Origin: Camelus dromedarius
Lineage: Eukaryota
NCBI RefSeq assembly: GCF_036321535.1
Contig: NC_087436.1
Location: forward strand, 85,004,001-85,068,000
Length of the DNA: 64,000 nucleotides
Direction of reading: 5' to 3'
Shown here: piece by piece, positions 52,067 to 64,000 of the stretch
Layout of the letters: each line of letters opens with the position of its first letter
How positions within the stretch are numbered: position 1 is the first letter of the stretch
Notes under the pieces: model-generated
Seen by the model: only the letters and a program-made list of their open reading frames with translations
Told to the model about the DNA's origin: nothing
Database searches by the model: none
Translations under genes and position numbers: made by a program

Positions 52067-54986
52067 GTATGTAACACAAACTGCATGCTCGCTCTGCCAG
52101 TCTGTGTGGGACAGCCCTTTCTGCTAATTCCCAATTGTGTTGGTTTATAAGATCTTCTTCTGGATGTGCCTCACATAGCACCCAAGTAGCCCACAGAACA
52201 GCATCTGCTTGCAGATGTGTTTTCACACTCAGGAAAATGAGAACTGTCCCCCTCCCCATAGTATGTCCCTTCTAACTCCAGCTGTGGGCCATGGAGAAAG
52301 CTGGGATTAGACTTCCTTCCAAGAGTCATGACCCTCCCAGTGAGGAAGCCTATTGATTTTTGGTTTAAGTCAGGACATGGCAGTATGCCTAGTCGTTAGG
52401 TAGGAAGAGGACAAAAGATTAAGGACCATTTACTGCCCCTCTGTGTACAGATCTGCAAATGGCTGGTATGGCTTTCTATCAAAGTATTAAAGTGATGGTA
52501 AGAGTAAGGCTCACAAAGTAAATAGTTCAGAAATTAAATGTAGGTATTTTGTTTTTTCCACAATTAACAAAAATACGGCCCAAATCCAGCATCTGTGTTT
52601 AAAATGAATGTTACTGAGATGACACATTTTTAAATTAGAAATTATGGCATTTTTATTGTCTTTTAAAAATAGTCCTAACTCTTTCGATGATGAAAGTTTC
52701 TAGGCATTATTTTTACGTAATGCCTTACATTGTTACAGCGCCTTGTAGTTTTCAGTCTTGTATTATCTCATTTTATTCTTGACAACTCTGTTGGTGCTTA
52801 TGCAAGTATAGTTATCCCTGGTTTACAAAAAGGAAAACAACTCAGAATAGTTAAAGGAGTTTCTCAAGATCATAGCAGTAAAATGAGGTTAGAGATTACA
52901 ACAATCTCTTCACTTCCAGTCTAGGCAATTTTTTTTTTCATTATGCTGTCCCCTTTATAGTCTAATCTTGACTACTTCTATTATTTCATTGTTAATTTTT
53001 TCTTAATTTATATACCATATTAATTTAATTCTACTAGCAAAAGTTTTCAAATACTTTAAAAAACACATACAGTTTAGGCAAATAAATTCCTCAAAACTTA
53101 TTTTTATGTTCACATTTTCCTCCCTAAATTCTTCACATTCTTAAACTAAGCTTCCATCAAGGAAGGCAATACTGCTGCCACATTGAATGAGAAGTGTAAG
53201 AGGAATTGTAGTAGCCCCTTAAAATTTTAGAATTTCCAATATTTAAAAAAACCAAGTAAGTTGTCCTTGAACCTTCTAGAAGTGGTACGTGCTTTTCTGG
53301 ATTAACATTTACTTTCTGAAGCGATTGCTTGACTTATGAATAATGTAAGATTTTAATTTAAATATGCAGTTTCTTAAAATATACCAACAAATTATTAGTT
53401 TACTACAAAACTTCAGTGTCATTATTTATTTACTCAGGTGTTGTGGCCAGTGGCCAGTTTGGTACTTTGAATGTTCCATCTTGAGTGAGACTATCTATAT
53501 TTCCAGGTAACTAGCTGAAAATATGAATTCTGACTTGGTAATAATATCTTGATGGACAAATGACAACTCCTAAAAGTATTCAGCAGCAAGCCAAGTTTCC
53601 TAGCAATCTTTGAAAGAAATGAATGTAAAATATGAATTAAAAAAATTATAATAGAGTATTAGCTTTTCTGGGGTTGAGTCACCTAATTTTAATACACATT
53701 TTTGATAGTGAAGTATTTTGCACTCTTAAAGAAAATGAGTTTTCAGATCTCAGTGCATTCAAACACTTTTCTTAAGTTTTGTTTACTACACATTCTCACT
53801 TCCATCCCCATAACTTTTTAGCTCTACCGCCCAAATTCTTTCATATACTGTCTTTTACTTATCTTATCTTACTTAGATATACTTATCTCCAGTGAGATAA
53901 GTATATAAAAAGATCTGTATGTTTGAGTTTCAAAGTTTTAAATTTTGGCACAGTTTGAGTTACATTTTATCCTACTATTTTTTTTTCTGTTTCATATAAA
54001 GTACATAACTGTTCTTATATAACCATATAAATACATAGTTTCTATGTGTACATTTTTAAATATTAAAAATTTCAATCTTTAATTTAGGGGATTTATCATC
54101 AGCATGAGAATTAGTGATAAAATGTTGAGAATTTAAGACACATTTATTGTAAAGCAAGGATTTCAGAATTTTAATAGATGTCAGAGCCATTGCTTAGATA
54201 TAAAAAATATGATTGTGTTTATATTATGGAATACTTGTAAAAGGTCTTATTGACAAATTTCATGAATGCCATCCTGATACTTTTATAAGTAGTTATCAAA
54301 AATAGGAAGCTTTAAGAACCAATTTTATGGAAATCATAAAATGTTAAATATTTTTTCCATTTAGTTTGAAATGAAATATTTTGAGAAGAGAAACACTTCA
54401 AAACGTACTCATTATGAATAATTAGTTTGTTCCTATTTGGTATTTTAAATATAATCATATTGGGAAAACCACTTTGAAGTTTCATTGAATAAATATAGTT
54501 CATCCAAATTGTCCTTCAATTTCAATTTAAGTTCCTAAAGATATATTGTATATTTTAATTCTGACACAATTCTATTTTATAATTTAGCCTGTTCATTTGT
54601 TAGCACATACAATATGTATTTTAAAGGAATTATTTCATTTTAGCAAAATTCTGAAGGGATATTTTAAATATAGTTAATTATCCATTAAATGACTTCTGTC
54701 TACTTATTGATGAATATATGAACAACTGGCAAACTTCCTGGAAATAGAATCTGTTAGACTGGTAAAGAAATTATCTCAAAATACAACATTCTGATGATAC
54801 TGCTAGTATCACTGAAAATTCTTCAGTTATAAATACAAAGATTACTTATTGGTATGAATTATATACTCAAGTCCTTGATTCCCTCCTTATTTAATTATGA
54901 CAGATGAAACTAACTGTCCTCTCAAGAAGCGTTTGCACTTATTTTTACTGTTATTTGGTTTGTAATGCCCTTATTTTCCCTTCCAG

Positions 54987-55040
54987 GAAGAATTCCGAGG
55001 TCCTATGGCAAGCCGAAGTCACGGATATTTCTTATTCAGG
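54987..55040 (+). CDS. NMU: NMU coding exon 8 (EEFRGPMASRSHGYFLFR)
   Basis: tttcccttccag acceptor and AGG|gtatgc donor; 54 nt; YFLFR core. Confidence 0.97.
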
Positions 55041-55633
55041 GTATGCACATACTACATATTTTTTTAAAAAAATCAATCAACATCAGCATTGAAAAATACC
55101 ATCACTGTGCATTGATTTATATTAACTCATGAGTTGCAATTAAGTTTTGGAATTTATCTAAAGGTATTTGATGTCAGATGTTATAGTCTGCGATTCACTT
55201 CTGTCACCACCTTACTTCTTTAATATTATGGCATCTCTGATCTCTTCTCTAATCCACTGCTCATGTTTGTAAATACCTCAGATGACATTCACCTATTTCA
55301 CAGTTTAGTTCCATAACATTTCGTATGCAGGAAATGACTGTATTAAAGATGCATTACTCCTTAAGTTCCAATACAATATTTAGGGAAAGAAGCATTAGCC
55401 AATGAATTATTTAGCTGAGGAATTTCAACTTTATTGTAAAGTCTAAGGGGAGCTATATGGTAAGACTTGCAACTTGGAAATTAATTCTAACACCAAATCA
55501 GAGAATGGATTGAAGGAGGAAGACTAGATGAGGAAGAAATATTACCACTCATTGAGCTCATTAGGCTGCATTCTGTGAAAATTAACTTCCCTTCCTAGTT
55601 ACACTGATTTGTTTCTGACTTCTTATTTTCCAG

Positions 55634-55669
55634 CCACGCAATGGAAGAAGGTCAGAAGGTTATATTTAA
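55634..55669 (+). CDS. NMU: NMU coding exon 9 (PRNGRRSEGYI*; amidation signal G-R-R)
   Basis: ttttccag acceptor; completes FLFRPRN-G-RR; stop TAA 55667-55669; exon ends at 55673 with ATG|gtatgt. The joined CDS is 165 aa with no frameshift. Confidence 0.97.
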   Translation, partial: PRNGRRSEGYI

Positions 55670-56419
55670 AATGGTATGTGCTTCACAATTCAACTCAGTT
55701 TGAAAATTTTTGTCATTTTTCAGATCTTCAGAAAGTAAACTATGCTCAGTGTATTTCTATTACTTAATTGCATGTATACATTAATATTCTATATAAATAC
55801 TACAAATATAGGGGCTGTGAGGACTTCATGTGATGGAAAATACTAGTGTTTTAGGGGCAGATTTGCTTTGCCTGTGTCATGTGTTCCTCACACTGTGTTG
55901 CAGTAGTCATCATCAATTTTGCAGACATTGACCTGATCATCATTTACTGTGCAAGAAGAATATGTTAGGGATCATGTTCTCATTGTGCTTATCAGTGCCT
56001 GTAACAGTAGGCCAGAACTTACAGCCGAAAGCATTTCTGTCTTCCAAATGACCTGTATTCAAAACTGTATAAGAGCTGTGATTTACCATTACTAGAGAAC
56101 TAAGAAAATGTAGAAAGACAAGAGAGCATGACTTCTACTATGGGACTCCCAGAGTTTCCACATGAATGCTGGAGATATAGTAGACACTTAGTAGCTATTG
56201 AATGGCCCTACATGTTTAATAAATATGAATTTTAAAGTTAAATGCAAATGCACACTGAAAAATTTATATCACAGAAATAAAAAATATTCTAGTAACTTTA
56301 TGCAGTCCTAAATACAGATTCTATGCTGAATGTATTTTTGCAAATATTTCATTCATATCATTTATCTCAACCCTTAAATACATATTTAGCAAAAGAATGT
56401 TAAAATGCTTAATATTTTC

Positions 56420-59400
56420 TTATAGAAACAAAAATCAAAACACACTTTCTATCTAAAGAAGATGACATCAAAATTATACAATATCTAGAAAATGAAGACA
56501 ATGAAAACACTGCATTGTAATACTTATGGGACTCTGACAAAGCCATATTCTGTGGAAAATTCGAACAATTTTTACACTTTAAACATTGTCAAGCAAGAAA
56601 GAGTGAGTGAATTAAGAATTTAAGTCAGTAAGTTAAAAAGAAAACAACATAGTGAACTTCAGGAAGCAGAGGATAAAAATTATAAAATGAAAGATGAAAT
56701 TAATTAATTATAGTAAAAAGCAAAAATTGGTAAATAAACCAAAAATCTGATTCTTTGAAAAAAAATGAAATATACTAGCCTAATGAGCCTAGGCTAATCT
56801 ATAAAAAGGGAGCAACCATATATATACAAAAATACAAATGAAAAGAGGGAGATTAGAGCAGATACAGAAAAAAATGGGAATCACAAGAGTACTTTGCAAA
56901 TCTCTGTGCCAATAAGTTTGAAAACCTAGATAAAATGGAGGATTATATAATAAAGTAGGTGCTACCAAAATTGACCTCAGAAGAGAGAAATAAATCTAAA
57001 TATTGATGGCCATGGGAGAAGAAAAATGGAGAACGTTATCTAGAAACTCTCCCCTCAAAAATACTAGGCCAAGAGATTTTGTATTTTTCCTGCTCAGAGA
57101 AGGAAGAAAAAAATCTCAAAATATTTTTTATGAAGTCAGCAAATACTAATAACAAAACCTTACATTAGTATGAAAAAGGAAACTGTAGGTGAATCCTGTT
57201 TATAAACATCAGTGCAAACATTTAAAATAGCAATATATTGAAAAATGATATGACCCCATGAAGTGAACTTCATTCCAGCAACTAAGATGGTTCAACATTA
57301 GGAAGCCTATTAAAATCTTTTCATTATTAGAAAAAAAATTATGCAGTCAACTCAATACAGGCATTCCTGTTTTATTGCACTTTGCTTTATCGCACTCCAG
57401 ATACAATGTTTTTTACAATTTGTAGTTTTGTGGCCTGTGTTGAGCAAGTCTATCAGCACCATTTTTTCAACAGCATTTGCTCACTGCATGTCTTATGTCA
57501 CATTTTGGTAATTCTTGCAGTATTTCACACTTTCATTATCATTCTATTTGTTATGATCTGTGATCTGTGATCTTTGATGTTACAATTGTAATTGTCTGGG
57601 GTCGCCATAATCCACGCCCATGTAAGACGACAAACTTGATAAATGTTGTGTGTGTTCTGCCTGCTGCAGTCCTCATCCATTCCTCCATCTCTCCCCTTCC
57701 CCTTGGGCCTCCCTATTACCTGACACACAACAATATTTAAATTAGGCCAAATTAATAACCCTGCAGTGGCCTCTAAGGTCTAAAGTGAAAGGAAGAGTTG
57801 CATGTCTCTCATTTTAAATCAAAAGCTAGAAATGATTAAGGTTAGTGAGGCAGGCATGTCAAAAGCCGAGACAGGCCGAAGGCCAGGCCTCTTGAGCTAG
57901 TTATCCAAGTTGTGAATGCAAAGGAAAATTTCTTGAAAGAAATTAAAAGTGCTACTCCAGCGAACACATGAATGATAAGAAAGCAAATTAGCCTTATTGC
58001 TCATATGAAGAAAGTTTCGCGGTCGGGACGGAAGATCAAACCAGCTACACCATTCCCTTGAACCAGACCCTAATCCAGAGCAAGGTCATAACCCTTTTCA
58101 GTTCTCTGAAGGCTGAGAGGTGAGGAAGCTGCAGAAGAAAAGTCTGAAGCTAGCAGAGGTTGGTTCATGAGGTTTAAGGAAAGCAGCTTCTCTTCAAGTT
58201 GAAGCAGCAAGTGCTGATGGAGAAACTGCAGCAAGTTATCCAGGAGATCTAGCTCAGATCGTTCATGAAGGTGGCTACACTAAACAACAGATTTTTGATG
58301 CGGACAAAACAACTTTCTATTGGAAGAAGATGCCATCTAGGACTTTCAAAGCTAGAGAGAAGCTTCATAGCTTCAAAGAACAAGCTGACTCTCTTTTTAG
58401 GAGCTAGTGTGGCTGGTGACTGTAAGAGGAAGGCAGTGCTTATTTACCATCTTGAAGATCCTAAGGCCCTTAAGATTATGTTGAATCTATTCTGCCTGTT
58501 CTCTGTAAATGGAGCAACAGAGTCTGGATGGCAGCACATCTTATGAAACATGGTTTACTGACTATTTTAAGCCCAGTGTTGAGACTTTCTGCTCAGAAAA
58601 AAAGATTCCTTTCAAAATATTACTGCTAATTGACAGTGTACCTGGTCACCTAAGGGATCTGATGGAGATGTTAACGCAGCGCCCCATGGATCAAGGAATA
58701 CTTTGGACTTTCAAGTTTTTATTAATTAAGAAATACATTTTGTAAGGTGATAGCTGCCATAAACAGTGATTCCTCTGGGGAATCTGGACAAAGTAAATTG
58801 AAAATCTGCTGCAAAGGATTCATCTTTCTAGACACCATTAAGAACATTTATGATTCATGGGGAAAAGTCAAACTATTAATGGGAATTTGGAAGAAGCTGA
58901 TTCCAACCCTCATGGTTGACTGAGGGATTCAAGGCTTCAGTGGAGGAAGTAACTGCAGATGTGGTGGAAATAGCAAGAGAATTAGAATTAGAAGTGGAGC
59001 CTGAAGATGTGACTGAACTGCTGCAATCTTATGCTAAATCTTTAACGGATGAGGAGTTGCTTCTTAACGCTGAGTGGAGAAAGTGGTTTCTTGAGATGGA
59101 ATCTACTCCCGGTGAAGATGCTGTGAAGATTATTGAAATGACAATTTTAATGACAAGGATTTAGAATATTACAAAACTTAGTTGATAAAGCAGTGACAGA
59201 GTTTGAGAGGACTGACTCTAATTTTGAAAGAAGTTCCACTGTGAGTAAAATACCATTAAACAGCATTGCATGCTACAGAGAAATTGTTCCTGAAAGGAAG
59301 AGTCAAATGATGCAGCAAAATTCATTGTTATCTCATTTTAAGAAATTGCCACAGCCACCCCAGCCTTCAGCAACTAACACCCTGATCCCTCAAGCATTCA

Positions 59401-59960
59401 TCAACATTGAGGCAAGACCCTCACCAGCAAACAGCTTATGACTCAGCAAGGGTTCAGATGTTGGTCAGCAATTTTTAGTAAGACAGTGTTTTTTAATTAA
59501 GGTATGTACATTAGTTTTTTTAGACAAAATGCTATTACACACTTAATAAACTATTGTATAGTATAAACGTAACTTTTATATGCACCAGGAGACCAAAAAG
59601 TTTGTGTGACTTGCTTAATTGCAAAATTTTCTGGGACTGAAGCTGCAATATCTGAGGAATGCCTGTAGAAGCTTTTGGTAAAGTTCCACATAAATTTCTG
59701 ATATTTTCAAAGAAGATCCTATAGAAAGAGATGAATCTTTAATAACAGTATTTCTTTAATGGTCTCAAACAAAGTCAATAGAAGGCTTGATAGTAAAACA
59801 TTTTGGAGCATTTCTATTAACATTAGAAACAAAACAAGGATGCTCTGTCCCCTTTTATTTCATGTAGTTCTAATGCATTAACCAATTCAGTTAGATGAGA
59901 AAGAAATAAAAGTTATTAATATTGGAAAACTGAAGAACAAATTTAATGTTCTCATAGGGC
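56420..59960 (+). mobile_element. Ancient LINE-1 ORF2 fragment split by Tigger1, in the last NMU intron
   Basis: Degenerate ORF2 motifs (GCCAATAAGTTTGAAAACCTAGATAAAATGGA, GATGGTTCAACATTAGGAA, AACAAAACAAGGATGC). Confidence 0.7.
57358..59665 (+). mobile_element. Near-full-length Tigger1-family DNA transposon (decayed pogo-like transposase)
   Basis: TA TSD on both sides; TIRs CAGGCATTCCT...AGGAATGCCTG; ORF fragments [36 protein letters not shown] and [24 protein letters not shown]. Confidence 0.93.
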
Positions 59961-60833
59961 ATAATTAGGAACTTGAATTTTCAAATTATATTTAGTATTA
60001 ACTAACGTTTTGACAAAGGCATATTATGTTCACATTAAGAACATGAGCAAACATATTCCTAATTTGTTCTTTTTTCAAGAACTAAGAATAAAAGTTGATG
60101 GAAAAGAAACTATCTTTTATAATATTACAAATGTAGAGGCATTTACAAAATGTGAACAAAAACAGTTTAATACTAAATGGTAAAAATGTCATGATTATAA
60201 TACCAAATTAAGTGTTAGAGTGGTCATAAATGTGAAGTGGAAAATAATCCACGGTTTGATCAAGTTAGTAAAAAAAACTCTGAAATTGTGAAAAAGAGCT
60301 TTATTTGGGTTGTTTCCAACATTAGGGCCCACATGTGCTAATTCACTGAAGATTTCAATTTTATTTTGTCAATAGAGAAATAGTTCAATAATCATTTTTC
60401 TTTGTTTTGCTCACCTGATTATCTGAGGTCTTACTCTGTCCTTATAATTTATATTTAGAATGTGTTTGGATGTAGAATAGGATGATTTAATTGCAGATAC
60501 CCAAAGAATAACTGCAACATTTTATTTATAAATCTTATTGGTATCAATGAGCTTCAGGAAACCTCTTTTATGTAGTTAAATAAAATAAAACTTTGGAAAA
60601 TATAGGCATACAGAAAAAGTGCTTCATCAGGGAGAGATTAAATGACAGTTAAAAATATGCAGATTGAAGAATAGCTGAGAAATACCTCAGATGTCAATTT
60701 TATCATACGTGACAAAGTATTTATAGAAATGTCTATCTACAAGGAAGTATATATAGATTATATTTATACTTGTTACATACATACATTCACATACCATTTA
60801 TATTTGAATCTAAATTGTTTTTTTTTTTAACAG

Positions 60834-61080
60834 GATGACAACTATTTTCTGCAGAAGCAATGCCATGGAATACAAAATGTACTGACATTTTTTTCATCTC
60901 AAAAACTATCCTTGCTAAGTTTACAGATTTGAGAATCCCTGTGTTGTAAACATTCTCCATAAACGCTGAGATTGTAAATGTTTAATTTGTTGAAAATTTA
61001 AAAAAGCATCTTAAAATATTTTTTCTTAGTGCTGTAATGATAAATAGTGTGTAATAAATCTGTAAATAATAATGTTCCTT
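60834..61080 (+). other. NMU: NMU terminal non-coding exon (3' UTR)
   Basis: Long poly-T aacag acceptor at 60833; sequence GCAATGCCATGGAATACAAAATGTACTGACATTT resembles the recalled NMU 3' UTR; AATAAA at 61053-61058; 3' end approximate. Confidence 0.8.
61053..61058 (+). terminator. NMU: Candidate NMU polyadenylation signal AATAAA
   Basis: First canonical AATAAA after the last-exon acceptor. Confidence 0.6.
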
Positions 61081-63483
61081 AGATCCCTGAAGCTTCTGAT
61101 GGAACTCATATACAATGCTCTTTTGTTATTTTTATTAAAGGCGCTTAGTAGAGAGTTGAGTTTTAATGAGATATTTTAGTTTATCTTATTTAGATTTCAT
61201 CAGTGACAAAATCACCAGCTCTTATAAAATACCAGAATGCCCAGTAGCTGTAATCTTAGAATGTGAATACTAACTAAAACTATACTAGTTGGAGGATTTG
61301 GCCATGATTCATCCAAAAGTCCAATAAGCAAGTTCTGATTTACATACTGTAAAATAGATGTCTGACTGCTACAAACAAATCATGAGACCAGCTTTTTCTA
61401 CCAAATAGTAGTATTCAGTTTATCTTAAAATAAGTTGTTTCATCCTGCAGCATCTGAAAGGCAACCAGCCTTGTCCATTACCAGAAAGAAAACAACCTTA
61501 CTCGTAGGGGATCATGAACACAGTGAGTGAACTTTTTACATCAAACTATGTTTAATGGACACAGTGAACCTCAGATAGATGTTGAAATTATCTCCCTTCA
61601 GGTTCCCCTGAGTTTTCCCTTGCAACCCTATCTCTTGGATAACCACCTTCTCTACCAAGCAGGTTGCTGGCTGATTAAAGAAGGGCGGCTCTCCGTGTGG
61701 GTAGCATTAGGTTTATATTCTTCAGAGTAGAGTATCTAATAAGCCTTTGTCTTACTAACATTGACCACTAACTATAGCTTAAATTATGCCTTTTACTAAC
61801 AAAATCCCTGAATTTCAATTCTTGTCAACCCATGTGAAGAACATAAGAAGGAGCAGAAGAGAACAAAAAGTACACCCTTTTTAAAAAAATGAATTAACTC
61901 AAAATGAAGCTCTTGCCATATGCATTGAATCCATAGCTCAGCCCCCAAAGCTTCCTCAAGTTTGGAAGTATAATTAATCAGATTGGCCTCTCCCCGGCTT
62001 TTCCAATGTAATGTTTTAATGCTCAGAAATTTCCAGCAAAGAAAATGGCCATGAATAAGGGAATGGTTATATAAAAGGATTTACATCTTTGCCACGGAAT
62101 TATTATGTAGTCATTTGTTGATACAAATTAAGTTGGCAGAGCAGATTCCACCATCTTGGTATTGTACGTGAAAAAAAAGTCATGTTCCAGAGAGAATGTG
62201 TGTCATATGAATGCATTTTTATAAAGCATGCAGTTACTAACAACCATACATGATTTCTGGGCCAGAGAGAAAAAGCATGAGGGATCCACAGCAGATCCTA
62301 ATATTGGCTAATATTGGGGAGGGCGTGGGGGTGGGCAGAGGGAGCACAAATGTATTTTTTTAAGATTCAGTACATATTGTATTTTTTCAAGATTCAGTAC
62401 ATATTTACATAATGCCTATCATGCACCAGTCATGATTTTAAGTGTTTTATAAATATTAATTCATCTAATCCCCTGACAACTACCTGATACATGTTCTTTT
62501 ATTATCCCCACTCTATAGATGGGAAAACCGAGGAACAGAGAATTAAGTAATTATTCAGGCAAGCCCAGTAAGTGGTAAAGCTGAAATTCAACACCAGAGT
62601 TGGCTCACAGGCATGATGTCTGCTGTGTGTATAAAGGGGGATGGTGGGACTCCAGGCAATTTTTACTTGCTTCATGGACTTTGGTATATTATTTAAATGT
62701 TTTATGATAAGTATGAACTATTTATTCAATTGGAAAGAAATAAAATATTATTTGTCCCCCTTAAAAAATGAATTACATTGATGAGATGGGGACTTGAGAC
62801 AGAAAGGGCCTCCTGCTCTAAAGCCATAAGTGCATAATAGGGCAACGAAAACATTAGCTAGTGGTGTGTAATGGAACCGGCCTGGATTTTGGATTGTCAG
62901 AATAAGAAAGGGGCTTCACTGCTAATTTAAGCAGCAATTCCAAGGGCCTCTCAGAAATCTGGAGAGACTTAGGCCCCTTATATTTTGGGGGCTCCCATAA
63001 TATTAAATGGAAGGAGAAGGAGGAGGGGAAGCGGAAGGGGGAGGAGGAAGAGAAGAAAATATACCAAAACAAGATTATAAAAATGGTGGGATGTTTTAAA
63101 ATAGTTTATGTTTTAACACATTCATATCACACAAGTACAACAAAACATATAGACTATTGGGAGTGTAGGATTTGTATTAACCGAGCACTACAGATGGAAT
63201 GGTCCAATGCTGAGCCCAAGTTTAAAATTGGATCACTAAAAACATGTTTTCCCCTTCTTTTCCAAATCCTATTATATCTCTATGACCACACATATAACTA
63301 TTTGGCAATAACACTAGATGTTTTCCTCATGTTTCTGGCAGCTCCCAGTAAACATCCTTTCCTTACTCTAAACACCAAGGAACCTAACTGTCTAGGTTTT
63401 TTACGTAAAGATAGAGCTCCTGCCTCCTAAGGCAGAGGGTTTTTAAGATGGGGGTGGAGAGCCATTTGAGAATCTGGTCCTTA

Positions 63484-63702
<219 letters not shown>

Positions 63703-63759
63703 GACCCAAAACTCACGCAGACTGCAACACCAAATGTGCTTAACAACAGAGGCTATACC

Positions 63760-64000
63760 CCCTATGCCGCCCGCCGCCCTCGGCCCCTGGGAGAGCAGGG
63801 GCCTAATAGAAATCTTCCAGGTTGGAGTCGGGCTCTGAGCCTTGCTGGTTCTGAACGTGACCAGCACCAGTATCAACACCACGAACAGGAGAGACACCGC
63901 TTGGGGTAAATGCCCAAGACTAAGTGCGTCAGTACCCACAGCCACCTCCTGGGCCACGCCCCCGCGTTGCCTGGCAACAGAGCGGCGCCAAGCGCACCGC
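63760..64000 (+). promoter_or_regulatory. Start of a CpG-rich promoter of the downstream gene (PDCL2 expected by synteny)
   Basis: CpG density rises; TGCGTCA half-CRE 63925-63931; GCCACGCCCC SP/KLF box 63953-63962; RFX X-box GTTGCCTGGCAAC 63966-63978. Gene identity rests only on the recalled NMU-PDCL2-CLOCK order. Confidence 0.65.

Noticed and set aside
58265..59441. Transposase ORFs as a domesticated TIGD-like gene
   Set aside because: Multiple frameshifts and stops; an ordinary decayed Tigger1
62351..62404. 27-bp tandem duplication
   Set aside because: Two copies only at a repeat boundary; an ordinary local duplication, not an array

Overview
Mammalian genomic DNA, very likely camelid: it carries tRNA-Ala-like SINEs resembling vic-1 and a young L1 with a camelid-type 3' end. 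The right half holds the complete neuromedin U gene (NMU, + strand). It has a CpG-island promoter near 31.3-32.3 kb, nine coding exons (31959-55669) that splice with canonical GT-AG into an intact 165-aa prepropeptide, and a non-coding last exon from 60834. The window ends in a GC-rich promoter with an RFX X-box, expected from conserved synteny to be PDCL2. The left half is repeat-rich, but its unique stretches carry a series of minus-strand exon-like segments. These include a 224-codon open frame starting exactly at a splice acceptor (20121-19447) and several near-open frames bounded by splice signals, suggesting an unannotated, largely decayed multi-exon gene lying head-to-head with NMU. Other notable items: an apparent L1 3' transduction in NMU intron 1, an NMU-25 lacking the basic residue(s) before the conserved octapeptide, nested retrotransposon insertions, a near-full-length Tigger1 and a very long (CA)n tract. 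All family assignments are from recall, not database searches.
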